Positions 1 through 12,720 of a stretch of DNA of 64,000 nucleotides are shown piece after piece. The number at the start of each line of letters is the position of its first letter. The stretch's first letter is position 1. The translations under genes were made by a program, and so were the position numbers. Below the pieces are notes generated by a model, which had not been told where the DNA came from, searched no databases, and saw only the letters and a program-made list of their open reading frames with translations. The stretch is from Macrostomum lignano. Its lineage: Eukaryota. The stretch covers positions 162,654 to 226,653 of the forward strand of contig NIVC01001249.1 of NCBI GenBank assembly GCA_002269645.1, in the 5' to 3' direction.

Positions 1-225
1 ACTAGCAGCCAGCCAATCAGCAGCCACCCAACCAGCAGCCAGCCAACCAGCAGTCAGCCAACCAGCAGCCACCCAACCAGCAGCCACCCAACCAGCAGCC
101 AGCCAATCAGCAGCCACCCAACCAGCAGCCGCCCAACCAACAGTCAGCCAACCAGCAGCCAGCCAACCAGCAGCCCGCCAATCAGCAGCCAGCCAACCAG
201 CAGCCAGCCAATCAGCAGCCAGCCA

Positions 226-2458
226 ATGGGCGGAGGTCGTCGAGCTCCAGACGCGGTGTCGGCCTACGCCGGCTTCCTCAGTGGCGCTACGGTTCGCGCG
301 CTGCTGCAGCCGCTGGACGTGATCAAGATCAGGTGGCAACTGCAGCTGGAGTCCATCAGCAGACGGGGTGACGGCGGCACCTACCAGAGCCTGCCGCAGA
401 CTGTGGGCCGAATCCTACGGGAGGAAGGCGCTCGAGCACTGTGGAAGGGTCACGTGCCCTGCCAGGTGGTGTCGGTGCTGTTCAACTCGGTGCAGTTTTA
501 CACCTTCGAGCGCAGCGGGCCGCCAGTTCGGGAGCTTCTTGGAGGCGGCAGCGACTTTGGTGCAGACTTTGTGTGCGGCGGCATCTCTGGGGTAGCGGCG
601 GCGCTGAGCTGCCACCCGTTCGACACCTTGCGGACACGGCTGATTGGGCAGAGCGAGAAGAACCGCGTGTACTCTGGTCTGGTGCACGCTGTGACCCACA
701 TGTGGCGGTCGGAGGGTCCGCGTGTGTTCTTCCAGGTGAGTCACTGATTAGTGTGTTTTTCCAGGTGGGTCACTGACTGGTGTGTGTTCTTCCAGGTGGG
801 CCACTGACTGGTGTGTGTGTTCTTCCAGGTGGGTCACTGATTGGCGTGTGTGTTCTTCCAGGTGGGTCACTGATTGGCGTGTGTGTTCTTCCAGGTGGGC
901 CACTGACTGGTGTGTGTGTTCTTCCAGGTGGGTCACTGATTGGCGTGTGTGTTCTTCCAGGTGGGTCACTGACTGGTGTGTGTGTTTTTCCAGGTGGGTC
1001 ACTGATTGCTGTGTTCGGTCACTGAGTCAAAATTTTGTTACATAACTTCAGGGTACAATTGCATTTTCAAATCACAAATGCCAGTCAGTTTGCCTCATCA
1101 ATTTCCCCGCTCCATCTGCAGGGCCTGAATTCGAATCTGTGCATGACGATGCCGCAGGCGGCTAGCCGGTTCGCCTTCTACAAGCTGCTGTTCGGCCCCC
1201 TGGCCGACCGTTCTTCGGCGTCAGCCGCGGCCGCCGGCTCCGGCTTTCTGTCCGGCGTGCTGTCCAAGGCCCTCGTCTACCCCTTCGACGTCATGAAGAA
1301 GCGCCAGCAGGTGCGCGGCTTCGAGGCCGCCCGACGCGCGTTTGGCCGCGTGCAGGTGAACATGCTGACACCCTTTAGGACTGTCTGACACCCTTTAGGA
1401 CTGTCTGACACCCTTTAGGACTGTCTGACACTCTTTAGGACTGTCTGACACCCTTTGGGACTGTCTGACACCCTTTGGGACTGTCTGACACCCTTTAGGA
1501 CTGTCTGACACCCTTTAGGACTGTCTGACACCCTTTAGGACTGTCTGACACCCTTTGGGACTGTCTGACACCCTTTAGGACTGTCTGACACCCTTTGGGA
1601 CTGTCTGACACCCTTTAGGACTGTCTGACACCCTTTAGGACTGTCTGACACCCTTTGGGACTGTCTGAAACCCTATAAAACTTTCTGACACCCTAGTTAG
1701 GACTCTCTGACACCATTTGAACCTGTCTGACACCCCTGGCACTGTCTGAAACCTCCCTTTTAATGTCAAATGTTTCGTAATAATTTCTGACACTTTTAAC
1801 ACATTAATAATGTCTGACACCTCTAGGACACGTCAACTACCCAGACTGTCGCCTGACACTCCTAACAGGTACTCCATGACACTTCAGGGCTGTAGCCTAG
1901 TGTTTAGAGCGTCGGGCTCACGACTTGAAGGTCGGGGGTTCGATTCCCGATCGCACTGGAACAGTTTGCGTCTTTGAGCAAGACACTTAACTCTGCATTG
2001 CTTCAGTTCACCCAGCTGTAAAATGGGTGCCAGCATAATTGAGGGTGTGTGGCGACCCCCCAGTCCTTGGACTGAACAGCCGTACGCAGCCTTCAGATGC
2101 GCCGCGCAAATAGCTGCGGCTGAGCTGTCGGTTGCACATCTACCCAATTAGGGCAGTTGTAATCAACTATTGTATATTATTATATGACGCTTCAGCATAT
2201 CGTCTCGCATATCTGTTTCCCTCGGACTACCTCCGCCACCAATGCCCTCTCACGCACCCTACACAGCCCCGCTCCCCGCAGGACTCGGGCAGCAGCCGGA
2301 CCATCGCAGCCTGCGCCTCCTTCATCTGGCGCAACGAAGGCCTTCGCGGGTTCTACAAAGGCCTGGGCCCGTCAATGCTGAAGGCTGGCCTGTTCACGTC
2401 CACCACTTTCTACTTCTTTGAACTTTACCGCTCGCTAATTCTGTCCGCTTTGTACTAA
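226..2458 (+). CDS. SLC25A19: Mitochondrial thiamine pyrophosphate carrier-like (SLC25 family), copy 1, type-A 3' half; exons 226-735, 1122-1355, 2282-2458; 306 aa
   Basis: Three PxDxx[KR]xRxQ carrier signatures ([32 protein letters not shown]). The segments [18 protein letters not shown] and [12 protein letters not shown] resemble SLC25A19/Tpc1. Both introns are phase 0 with CAG|GTGAG and CAG|GTGAA donors and YCAG acceptors; the frame runs through to TAA. Confidence 0.88.
736..1010. repeat. 31-33-bp intron-1 minisatellite GTGGGTCACTGAYTGGYGTGTGTGTTCTTCCAG (also 4989-5131, 9110-9252, 13231-13725)
   Basis: The unit re-uses the last bases of exon 1 plus the donor; unit number varies between gene copies. 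Confidence 0.95.
1367..1670. repeat. 20-bp intron-2 minisatellite GACACCCTTT(A/G)GGACTGTCT (also 5488-5791, 9609-9912)
   Basis: About 15 units starting 11 nt after the donor. Confidence 0.95.
1887..2184 (+). mobile_element. tRNA-derived SINE with CORE-like central domain in carrier intron 2 (3' end approximate)
   Basis: A-box-like TGTAGCCTAGTG, B box GGTTCGATTCCC, then TTGAGCAAGACACTTAACTC...CTTCAGTTCACCCAGCTGTAAAATGGG, which resembles the MIR/CORE consensus as I recall it; AT-rich tail. Confidence 0.65.
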
Positions 2459-2902
2459 ACGCTAAAAATGCTCATATTGCTACTTCTATTGGCCAGGCTT
2501 TCAGTAGTACACGCGCGCATTTTTTGCTATTCTAACAACTGTACGAAATGTACTTAAGAATCGCATCAATTCAAAATTTGTGTGCAATTCAATTGTATTC
2601 GGATCGTCAACTACAGTATTGATCCTGTTTTGCTTACATATGAATGTTTTTGCTCTTATTTTCCATTATGTTCTGGATTAATGTTCCGTTTACTCAAGCT
2701 TGCTGCAATAAAAGTAGAAATATGTCTGCTTAATGCAGTCTTGGTGCTTTTGTGTGCCTTGTTTAATTATTATTTTCATTCTTCCTTTCTTTTTGTCTTT
2801 ACACTTTGAGTTTTTTTCGCTGGCTGCACACGTCTAAAAGCCGTTTAACTGTGCACACTTGATTGTGTTATCAAGCCAATATGGTGTGAATGTACTTGTA
2901 GG

Positions 2903-3500
2903 GTAAGAGATTTGCTTTTCTAACCCTGAATGTACATACATACATTATTGTTTGCAAGCCGTAGAGTAAGAACGTACATTCTGACAATGTACATTGCGGG
3001 GTAAGAGATTTGCTTTTCTAACCCTGAATGTACATTCATACTTTATTGTTTGCAAGCCATAGAGTAAGAACGTACATTCTGACAGTGTACATTGTGGGGT
3101 AAGAGATTTAATTTTCTAATCCCGAACGTACATTCTGTCTGTGTCATTCATGGGGCAAGAGATTTGCTCCTGTAACCCTGAATGTACATACTTTATTGTT
3201 AGCAAGTCATAGAGTAAGAACGTACATTCTGACAATGTACATTGCGGGGTAAGAGATTTGCTTTTCTAACCCTGAATGTACATTCATACTTTATTGTTTG
3301 CAAGCCATAAAATAAGAACGTACATTCTGACAGTGTACATTGTGGGGTAAGAGATTTAATTTTCTAATCCCGAACGTACATTCTGTCTGTGTCATTCATG
3401 GGGCAAGAGATTTGCTCCTGTAACCCTGAATGTACATACTTTATTGTTAGCAAGTCATAGAGTAAGAACGTACATTCTGTCAGTGGTAAGAGATTTTCTC
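2903..3500. repeat. Complex repeat with ~98-bp subunits and a 248-bp higher-order duplication, downstream of the type-A stop (also 7024-7621, 11145-11742)
   Basis: GTAAGAGATTTGCTTTTCTAACCCTGAATGTACAT recurs; block 3001-3248 is repeated at 3249-3496. Confidence 0.85.
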
Positions 3501-4112
3501 CTCTGCCCCTGAGCGTACATTGATTTTTTGTTAGCAAGTCACTTGCGTAAATGTACATTCTGTCAGAGTAACATTAGAAAATTCGTATTGTTCCTTTTAA
3601 TGGTTAAAAAATCTTTAATTAATTTTTATTCATTTGTTCTGCTGCTTTTAACATTAATTTTCTAAATAACAAAATCTACTGCAAGAAATCTTACCATGCC
3701 CTGTCGCGTGTACTTTTGCAACAATTATATCACCAACCAGCGGTAACGACCGTCGACCAACCATCCTTTGCCCCACTACGAGTAATGCATTTTTGATACT
3801 ATTGATAAATATAAAGTCCTGTGGTAATCTTTATTGATTAATTTTGTCGAAATTAATATCATTGAGGGGATGTTTAAAGATGTCAAAAAACGCTTTTAAT
3901 AAATTACTCTGCCACTACGGTCTGACTCATTCAGAGCTGTTTAAAAATTGGCTGAATTTACCTTGCTGCTCGAAGAACCAGTTGCCAACAATAAAAAGCT
4001 CCAGCAGCCAACCGGCAGTGGCGGTGAAAACCGTCTGAAACTGCCCACTCATAGTGGCGTGGCGGAGACATCGCAGTCAAAATTGTTTGAGGCAGAGAAG
4101 TCAGAGCAGGGC

Positions 4113-4478
4113 CAGCCAACCAGCAACGTTCAAACCAGCAACGTTCAAACCAGCAGCCAGCCAATCAGCAGCCAGCCAATCAGCAACCAGCCAACCAGCA
4201 GCCAGCCAACCAGCAGCCAGCCAACCAGCAGCCAGCCAACCAGCAACCAGCCAATCAGCAGCCAGCCAATCAGCAGCCACCCAATCAGTGGCCAGCCAAC
4301 CAGCAGCCAGCCAACCAGCAGCCACCCAACCAGCAGCCACCCAACCAGCAGCCAGCCAATCAGCAGCCACCCAACCAGCAGCCGCCCAACCAACAGTCAG
4401 CCAACCAGCAGCCAGCCAACCAGCAGCCCGCCAATCAGCAGCCAGCCAACCAGCAGCCAGCCAACCAGCAGCCAGCCA
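4113..4478. repeat. 15-bp minisatellite CAGCCAACCAGCAGC abutting the carrier ATG (also 1-225, 8234-8599, 12355-12720)
   Basis: Directly visible tandem units ending ...CAGCCAGCCA|ATG. Confidence 0.95.
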
Positions 4479-6579
4479 ATGGGCGGAGGTCGTCGAGCTC
4501 CAGACGCGGTGTCGGCCTACGCCGGCTTCCTCAGTGGCGCCACGGTTCGCGCGCTGCTGCAGCCGCTGGACGTGATCAAGATCAGGTGGCAACTGCAGCT
4601 GGAGTCCATCAGCAGACGGGGTGACGGCGGCACCTACCAGAGCCTGCCGCAGACTGTGGGCCGAATCCTACGGGAGGAAGGCGCTCGAGCACTGTGGAAG
4701 GGTCACGTGCCCTGCCAGGTGGTGTCGGTGCTGTTCAACTCGGTGCAGTTTTACACCTTCGAGCGCAGCGGGCCGCCAGTTCGGGAGCTGCTCGGAGGCG
4801 GCAGCGACTTTGGTGCAGACTTTGTGTGCGGCGGCATCTCTGGGGTAGCGGCGGCGCTGAGCTGCCACCCGTTCGACACCTTGCGGACACGGCTGATTGG
4901 GCAGAGCGAGAAGAACCGCGTGTACTCTGGTCTGGTGCACGCTGTGACCCACATGTGGCGGTCGGAGGGTCCGCGTGTGTTCTTCCAGGTGAGTCACTGA
5001 TTAGTGTGTTTTTCCAGGTGGGTCACTGACTGGTGTGTGTTCTTCCAGGTGGGCCACTGACTGGTGTGTGTGTTCTTCCAGGTGGGTCACTGACTGGTGT
5101 GTGTGTTTTTCCAGGTGGGTCACTGATTGCTGTGTTCGGTCACTGAGTCAAAATTTTGTTACATAACTTCAGGGTACAATTGCATTTTCAAATCACAAAT
5201 GCCAGTCAGTTTGCCTCATCAATTTCCCCGCTCCATCTGCAGGGCCTGAATTCGAATCTGTGCATGACGATGCCGCAGGCGGCTAGCCGGTTCGCCTTCT
5301 ACAAGCTGCTGTTCGGCCCCCTGGCCGACCGTTCTTCGGCGTCAGCCGCGGCCGCCGGCTCCGGCTTTCTGTCCGGCGTGCTGTCCAAGGCCCTCGTCTA
5401 CCCCTTCGACGTCATGAAGAAGCGCCAGCAGGTGCGCGGCTTCGAGGCCGCCCGACGCGCGTTTGGCCGCGTGCAGGTGAACATGCTGACACCCTTTAGG
5501 ACTGTCTGACACCCTTTAGGACTGTCTGACACCCTTTAGGACTGTCTGACACTCTTTAGGACTGTCTGACACCCTTTGGGACTGTCTGACACCCTTTGGG
5601 ACTGTCTGACACCCTTTAGGACTGTCTGACACCCTTTAGGACTGTCTGACACCCTTTAGGACTGTCTGACACCCTTTGGGACTGTCTGACACCCTTTAGG
5701 ACTGTCTGACACCCTTTGGGACTGTCTGACACCCTTTAGGACTGTCTGACACCCTTTAGGACTGTCTGACACCCTTTGGGACTGTCTGAAACCCTATAAA
5801 ACTTTCTGACACCCTAGTTAGGACTCTCTGACACCATTTGAACCTGTCTGACACCCCTGGCACTGTCTGAAACCTCCCTTTTAATGTCAAATGTTTCGTA
5901 ATAATTTCTGACACTTTTAACACATTAATAATGTCTGACACCTCTAGGACACGTCAACTACCCAGACTGTCGCCTGACACTCCTAACAGGTACTCCATGA
6001 CACTTCAGGGCTGTAGCCTAGTGTTTAGAGCGTCGGGCTCACGACTTGAAGGTCGGGGGTTCGATTCCCGATCGCACTGGAACAGTTTGCGTCTTTGAGC
6101 AAGACACTTAACTCTGCATTGCTTCAGTTCACCCAGCTGTAAAATGGGTGCCAGCATAATTGAGGGTGTGTGGCGACCCCCCAGTCCTTGGACTGAACAG
6201 CCGTACGCAGCCTTCAGATGCGCCGCGCAAATAGCTGCGGCTGAGCTGTCGGTTGCACATCTACCCAATTAGGGCAGTTGTAATCAACTATTGTATATTA
6301 TTATATGACGCTTCAGCATATCGTCTCGCATATCTGTTTCCCTCGGACTACCTCCGCCACCAATGCCCTCTCACGCACCCTACACAGCCCCGCTCCCCGC
6401 AGGACTCGGGCAGCAGCCGGACCATCGCAGCCTGCGCCTCCTTCATCTGGCGCAACGAAGGCCTTCGCGGGTTCTACAAAGGCCTGGGCCCGTCAATGCT
6501 GAAGGCTGGCCTGTTCACGTCCACCACTTTCTACTTCTTTGAACTTTACCGCTCGCTAATTCTGTCCGCTTTGTACTAA
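4479..6579 (+). CDS. SLC25A19: SLC25A19-like carrier, copy 2, type A; exons 4479-4988, 5243-5476, 6403-6579
   Basis: Same protein and splice sites as copy 1; exons 2-3 offset by exactly 4121 bp. Confidence 0.88.
6008..6305 (+). mobile_element. tRNA-derived SINE, copy in tandem unit 2
   Basis: Same as 1887-2184, +4121. Confidence 0.65.
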
Positions 6580-8599
6580 ACGCTAAAAATGCTCATATTG
6601 CTACTTCTATTGGCCAGGCTTTCAGTAGTACACGCGCGCATTTTTTGCTATTCTAACAACTGTACGAAATGTACTTAAGAATCGCATCAATTCAAAATTT
6701 GTGTGCAATTCAATTGTATTCGGATCGTCAACTACAGTATTGATCCTGTTTTGCTTACATATGAATGTTTTTGCTCTTATTTTCCATTATGTTCTGGATT
6801 AATGTTCCGTTTACTCAAGCTTGCTGCAATAAAAGTAGAAATATGTCTGCTTAATGCAGTCTTGGTGCTTTTGTGTGCCTTGTTTAATTATTATTTTCAT
6901 TCTTCCTTTCTTTTTGTCTTTACACTTTGAGTTTTTTTCGCTGGCTGCACACGTCTAAAAGCCGTTTAACTGTGCACACTTGATTGTGTTATCAAGCCAA
7001 TATGGTGTGAATGTACTTGTAGGGTAAGAGATTTGCTTTTCTAACCCTGAATGTACATACATACATTATTGTTTGCAAGCCGTAGAGTAAGAACGTACAT
7101 TCTGACAATGTACATTGCGGGGTAAGAGATTTGCTTTTCTAACCCTGAATGTACATTCATACTTTATTGTTTGCAAGCCATAGAGTAAGAACGTACATTC
7201 TGACAGTGTACATTGTGGGGTAAGAGATTTAATTTTCTAATCCCGAACGTACATTCTGTCTGTGTCATTCATGGGGCAAGAGATTTGCTCCTGTAACCCT
7301 GAATGTACATACTTTATTGTTAGCAAGTCATAGAGTAAGAACGTACATTCTGACAATGTACATTGCGGGGTAAGAGATTTGCTTTTCTAACCCTGAATGT
7401 ACATTCATACTTTATTGTTTGCAAGCCATAAAATAAGAACGTACATTCTGACAGTGTACATTGTGGGGTAAGAGATTTAATTTTCTAATCCCGAACGTAC
7501 ATTCTGTCTGTGTCATTCATGGGGCAAGAGATTTGCTCCTGTAACCCTGAATGTACATACTTTATTGTTAGCAAGTCATAGAGTAAGAACGTACATTCTG
7601 TCAGTGGTAAGAGATTTTCTCCTCTGCCCCTGAGCGTACATTGATTTTTTGTTAGCAAGTCACTTGCGTAAATGTACATTCTGTCAGAGTAACATTAGAA
7701 AATTCGTATTGTTCCTTTTAATGGTTAAAAAATCTTTAATTAATTTTTATTCATTTGTTCTGCTGCTTTTAACATTAATTTTCTAAATAACAAAATCTAC
7801 TGCAAGAAATCTTACCATGCCCTGTCGCGTGTACTTTTGCAACAATTATATCACCAACCAGCGGTAACGACCGTCGACCAACCATCCTTTGCCCCACTAC
7901 GAGTAATGCATTTTTGATACTATTGATAAATATAAAGTCCTGTGGTAATCTTTATTGATTAATTTTGTCGAAATTAATATCATTGAGGGGATGTTTAAAG
8001 ATGTCAAAAAACGCTTTTAATAAATTACTCTGCCACTACGGTCTGACTCATTCAGAGCTGTTTAAAAATTGGCTGAATTTACCTTGCTGCTCGAAGAACC
8101 AGTTGCCAACAATAAAAAGCTCCAGCAGCCAACCGGCAGTGGCGGTGAAAACCGTCTGAAACTGCCCACTCATAGTGGCGTGGCGGAGACATCGCAGTCA
8201 AAATTGTTTGAGGCAGAGAAGTCAGAGCAGGGCCAGCCAACCAGCAACGTTCAAACCAGCAACGTTCAAACCAGCAGCCAGCCAATCAGCAGCCAGCCAA
8301 TCAGCAACCAGCCAACCAGCAGCCAGCCAACCAGCAGCCAGCCAACCAGCAGCCAGCCAACCAGCAACCAGCCAATCAGCAGCCAGCCAATCAGCAGCCA
8401 CCCAATCAGTGGCCAGCCAACCAGCAGCCAGCCAACCAGCAGCCACCCAACCAGCAGCCACCCAACCAGCAGCCAGCCAATCAGCAGCCACCCAACCAGC
8501 AGCCGCCCAACCAACAGTCAGCCAACCAGCAGCCAGCCAACCAGCAGCCCGCCAATCAGCAGCCAGCCAACCAGCAGCCAGCCAACCAGCAGCCAGCCA

Positions 8600-10700
8600 A
8601 TGGGCGGAGGTCGTCGAGCTCCAGACGCGGTGTCGGCCTACGCCGGCTTCCTCAGTGGCGCCACGGTTCGCGCGCTGCTGCAGCCGCTGGACGTGATCAA
8701 GATCAGGTGGCAACTGCAGCTGGAGTCCATCAGCAGACGGGGTGACGGCGGCACCTACCAGAGCCTGCCGCAGACTGTGGGCCGAATCCTACGGGAGGAA
8801 GGCGCTCGAGCACTGTGGAAGGGTCACGTGCCCTGCCAGGTGGTGTCGGTGCTGTTCAACTCGGTGCAGTTTTACACCTTCGAGCGCAGCGGGCCGCCAG
8901 TTCGGGAGCTGCTCGGAGGCGGCAGCGACTTTGGTGCAGACTTTGTGTGCGGCGGCATCTCTGGGGTAGCGGCGGCGCTGAGCTGCCACCCGTTCGACAC
9001 CTTGCGGACACGGCTGATTGGGCAGAGCGAGAAGAACCGCGTGTACTCTGGTCTGGTGCACGCTGTGACCCACATGTGGCGGTCGGAGGGTCCGCGTGTG
9101 TTCTTCCAGGTGAGTCACTGATTAGTGTGTTTTTCCAGGTGGGTCACTGACTGGTGTGTGTTCTTCCAGGTGGGCCACTGACTGGTGTGTGTGTTCTTCC
9201 AGGTGGGTCACTGACTGGTGTGTGTGTTTTTCCAGGTGGGTCACTGATTGCTGTGTTCGGTCACTGAGTCAAAATTTTGTTACATAACTTCAGGGTACAA
9301 TTGCATTTTCAAATCACAAATGCCAGTCAGTTTGCCTCATCAATTTCCCCGCTCCATCTGCAGGGCCTGAATTCGAATCTGTGCATGACGATGCCGCAGG
9401 CGGCTAGCCGGTTCGCCTTCTACAAGCTGCTGTTCGGCCCCCTGGCCGACCGTTCTTCGGCGTCAGCCGCGGCCGCCGGCTCCGGCTTTCTGTCCGGCGT
9501 GCTGTCCAAGGCCCTCGTCTACCCCTTCGACGTCATGAAGAAGCGCCAGCAGGTGCGCGGCTTCGAGGCCGCCCGACGCGCGTTTGGCCGCGTGCAGGTG
9601 AACATGCTGACACCCTTTAGGACTGTCTGACACCCTTTAGGACTGTCTGACACCCTTTAGGACTGTCTGACACTCTTTAGGACTGTCTGACACCCTTTGG
9701 GACTGTCTGACACCCTTTGGGACTGTCTGACACCCTTTAGGACTGTCTGACACCCTTTAGGACTGTCTGACACCCTTTAGGACTGTCTGACACCCTTTGG
9801 GACTGTCTGACACCCTTTAGGACTGTCTGACACCCTTTGGGACTGTCTGACACCCTTTAGGACTGTCTGACACCCTTTAGGACTGTCTGACACCCTTTGG
9901 GACTGTCTGAAACCCTATAAAACTTTCTGACACCCTAGTTAGGACTCTCTGACACCATTTGAACCTGTCTGACACCCCTGGCACTGTCTGAAACCTCCCT
10001 TTTAATGTCAAATGTTTCGTAATAATTTCTGACACTTTTAACACATTAATAATGTCTGACACCTCTAGGACACGTCAACTACCCAGACTGTCGCCTGACA
10101 CTCCTAACAGGTACTCCATGACACTTCAGGGCTGTAGCCTAGTGTTTAGAGCGTCGGGCTCACGACTTGAAGGTCGGGGGTTCGATTCCCGATCGCACTG
10201 GAACAGTTTGCGTCTTTGAGCAAGACACTTAACTCTGCATTGCTTCAGTTCACCCAGCTGTAAAATGGGTGCCAGCATAATTGAGGGTGTGTGGCGACCC
10301 CCCAGTCCTTGGACTGAACAGCCGTACGCAGCCTTCAGATGCGCCGCGCAAATAGCTGCGGCTGAGCTGTCGGTTGCACATCTACCCAATTAGGGCAGTT
10401 GTAATCAACTATTGTATATTATTATATGACGCTTCAGCATATCGTCTCGCATATCTGTTTCCCTCGGACTACCTCCGCCACCAATGCCCTCTCACGCACC
10501 CTACACAGCCCCGCTCCCCGCAGGACTCGGGCAGCAGCCGGACCATCGCAGCCTGCGCCTCCTTCATCTGGCGCAACGAAGGCCTTCGCGGGTTCTACAA
10601 AGGCCTGGGCCCGTCAATGCTGAAGGCTGGCCTGTTCACGTCCACCACTTTCTACTTCTTTGAACTTTACCGCTCGCTAATTCTGTCCGCTTTGTACTAA
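8600..10700 (+). CDS. SLC25A19: SLC25A19-like carrier, copy 3, type A; exons 8600-9109, 9364-9597, 10524-10700
   Basis: Same as copy 2 at every position compared and in all ORF-track translations; +4121 bp. Confidence 0.85.
10129..10426 (+). mobile_element. tRNA-derived SINE, copy in tandem unit 3
   Basis: Same as 1887-2184, +8242. Confidence 0.65.
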
Positions 10701-12720
10701 ACGCTAAAAATGCTCATATTGCTACTTCTATTGGCCAGGCTTTCAGTAGTACACGCGCGCATTTTTTGCTATTCTAACAACTGTACGAAATGTACTTAAG
10801 AATCGCATCAATTCAAAATTTGTGTGCAATTCAATTGTATTCGGATCGTCAACTACAGTATTGATCCTGTTTTGCTTACATATGAATGTTTTTGCTCTTA
10901 TTTTCCATTATGTTCTGGATTAATGTTCCGTTTACTCAAGCTTGCTGCAATAAAAGTAGAAATATGTCTGCTTAATGCAGTCTTGGTGCTTTTGTGTGCC
11001 TTGTTTAATTATTATTTTCATTCTTCCTTTCTTTTTGTCTTTACACTTTGAGTTTTTTTCGCTGGCTGCACACGTCTAAAAGCCGTTTAACTGTGCACAC
11101 TTGATTGTGTTATCAAGCCAATATGGTGTGAATGTACTTGTAGGGTAAGAGATTTGCTTTTCTAACCCTGAATGTACATACATACATTATTGTTTGCAAG
11201 CCGTAGAGTAAGAACGTACATTCTGACAATGTACATTGCGGGGTAAGAGATTTGCTTTTCTAACCCTGAATGTACATTCATACTTTATTGTTTGCAAGCC
11301 ATAGAGTAAGAACGTACATTCTGACAGTGTACATTGTGGGGTAAGAGATTTAATTTTCTAATCCCGAACGTACATTCTGTCTGTGTCATTCATGGGGCAA
11401 GAGATTTGCTCCTGTAACCCTGAATGTACATACTTTATTGTTAGCAAGTCATAGAGTAAGAACGTACATTCTGACAATGTACATTGCGGGGTAAGAGATT
11501 TGCTTTTCTAACCCTGAATGTACATTCATACTTTATTGTTTGCAAGCCATAAAATAAGAACGTACATTCTGACAGTGTACATTGTGGGGTAAGAGATTTA
11601 ATTTTCTAATCCCGAACGTACATTCTGTCTGTGTCATTCATGGGGCAAGAGATTTGCTCCTGTAACCCTGAATGTACATACTTTATTGTTAGCAAGTCAT
11701 AGAGTAAGAACGTACATTCTGTCAGTGGTAAGAGATTTTCTCCTCTGCCCCTGAGCGTACATTGATTTTTTGTTAGCAAGTCACTTGCGTAAATGTACAT
11801 TCTGTCAGAGTAACATTAGAAAATTCGTATTGTTCCTTTTAATGGTTAAAAAATCTTTAATTAATTTTTATTCATTTGTTCTGCTGCTTTTAACATTAAT
11901 TTTCTAAATAACAAAATCTACTGCAAGAAATCTTACCATGCCCTGTCGCGTGTACTTTTGCAACAATTATATCACCAACCAGCGGTAACGACCGTCGACC
12001 AACCATCCTTTGCCCCACTACGAGTAATGCATTTTTGATACTATTGATAAATATAAAGTCCTGTGGTAATCTTTATTGATTAATTTTGTCGAAATTAATA
12101 TCATTGAGGGGATGTTTAAAGATGTCAAAAAACGCTTTTAATAAATTACTCTGCCACTACGGTCTGACTCATTCAGAGCTGTTTAAAAATTGGCTGAATT
12201 TACCTTGCTGCTCGAAGAACCAGTTGCCAACAATAAAAAGCTCCAGCAGCCAACCGGCAGTGGCGGTGAAAACCGTCTGAAACTGCCCACTCATAGTGGC
12301 GTGGCGGAGACATCGCAGTCAAAATTGTTTGAGGCAGAGAAGTCAGAGCAGGGCCAGCCAACCAGCAACGTTCAAACCAGCAACGTTCAAACCAGCAGCC
12401 AGCCAATCAGCAGCCAGCCAATCAGCAACCAGCCAACCAGCAGCCAGCCAACCAGCAGCCAGCCAACCAGCAGCCAGCCAACCAGCAACCAGCCAATCAG
12501 CAGCCAGCCAATCAGCAGCCACCCAATCAGTGGCCAGCCAACCAGCAGCCAGCCAACCAGCAGCCACCCAACCAGCAGCCACCCAACCAGCAGCCAGCCA
12601 ATCAGCAGCCACCCAACCAGCAGCCGCCCAACCAACAGTCAGCCAACCAGCAGCCAGCCAACCAGCAGCCCGCCAATCAGCAGCCAGCCAACCAGCAGCC
12701 AGCCAACCAGCAGCCAGCCA

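Noticed and set aside
1887-1957. Functional tRNA-Val(CAC) gene
   Set aside because: Acceptor stem does not pair and the T stem is mismatched; followed by a SINE-like core, so treated as a SINE head.
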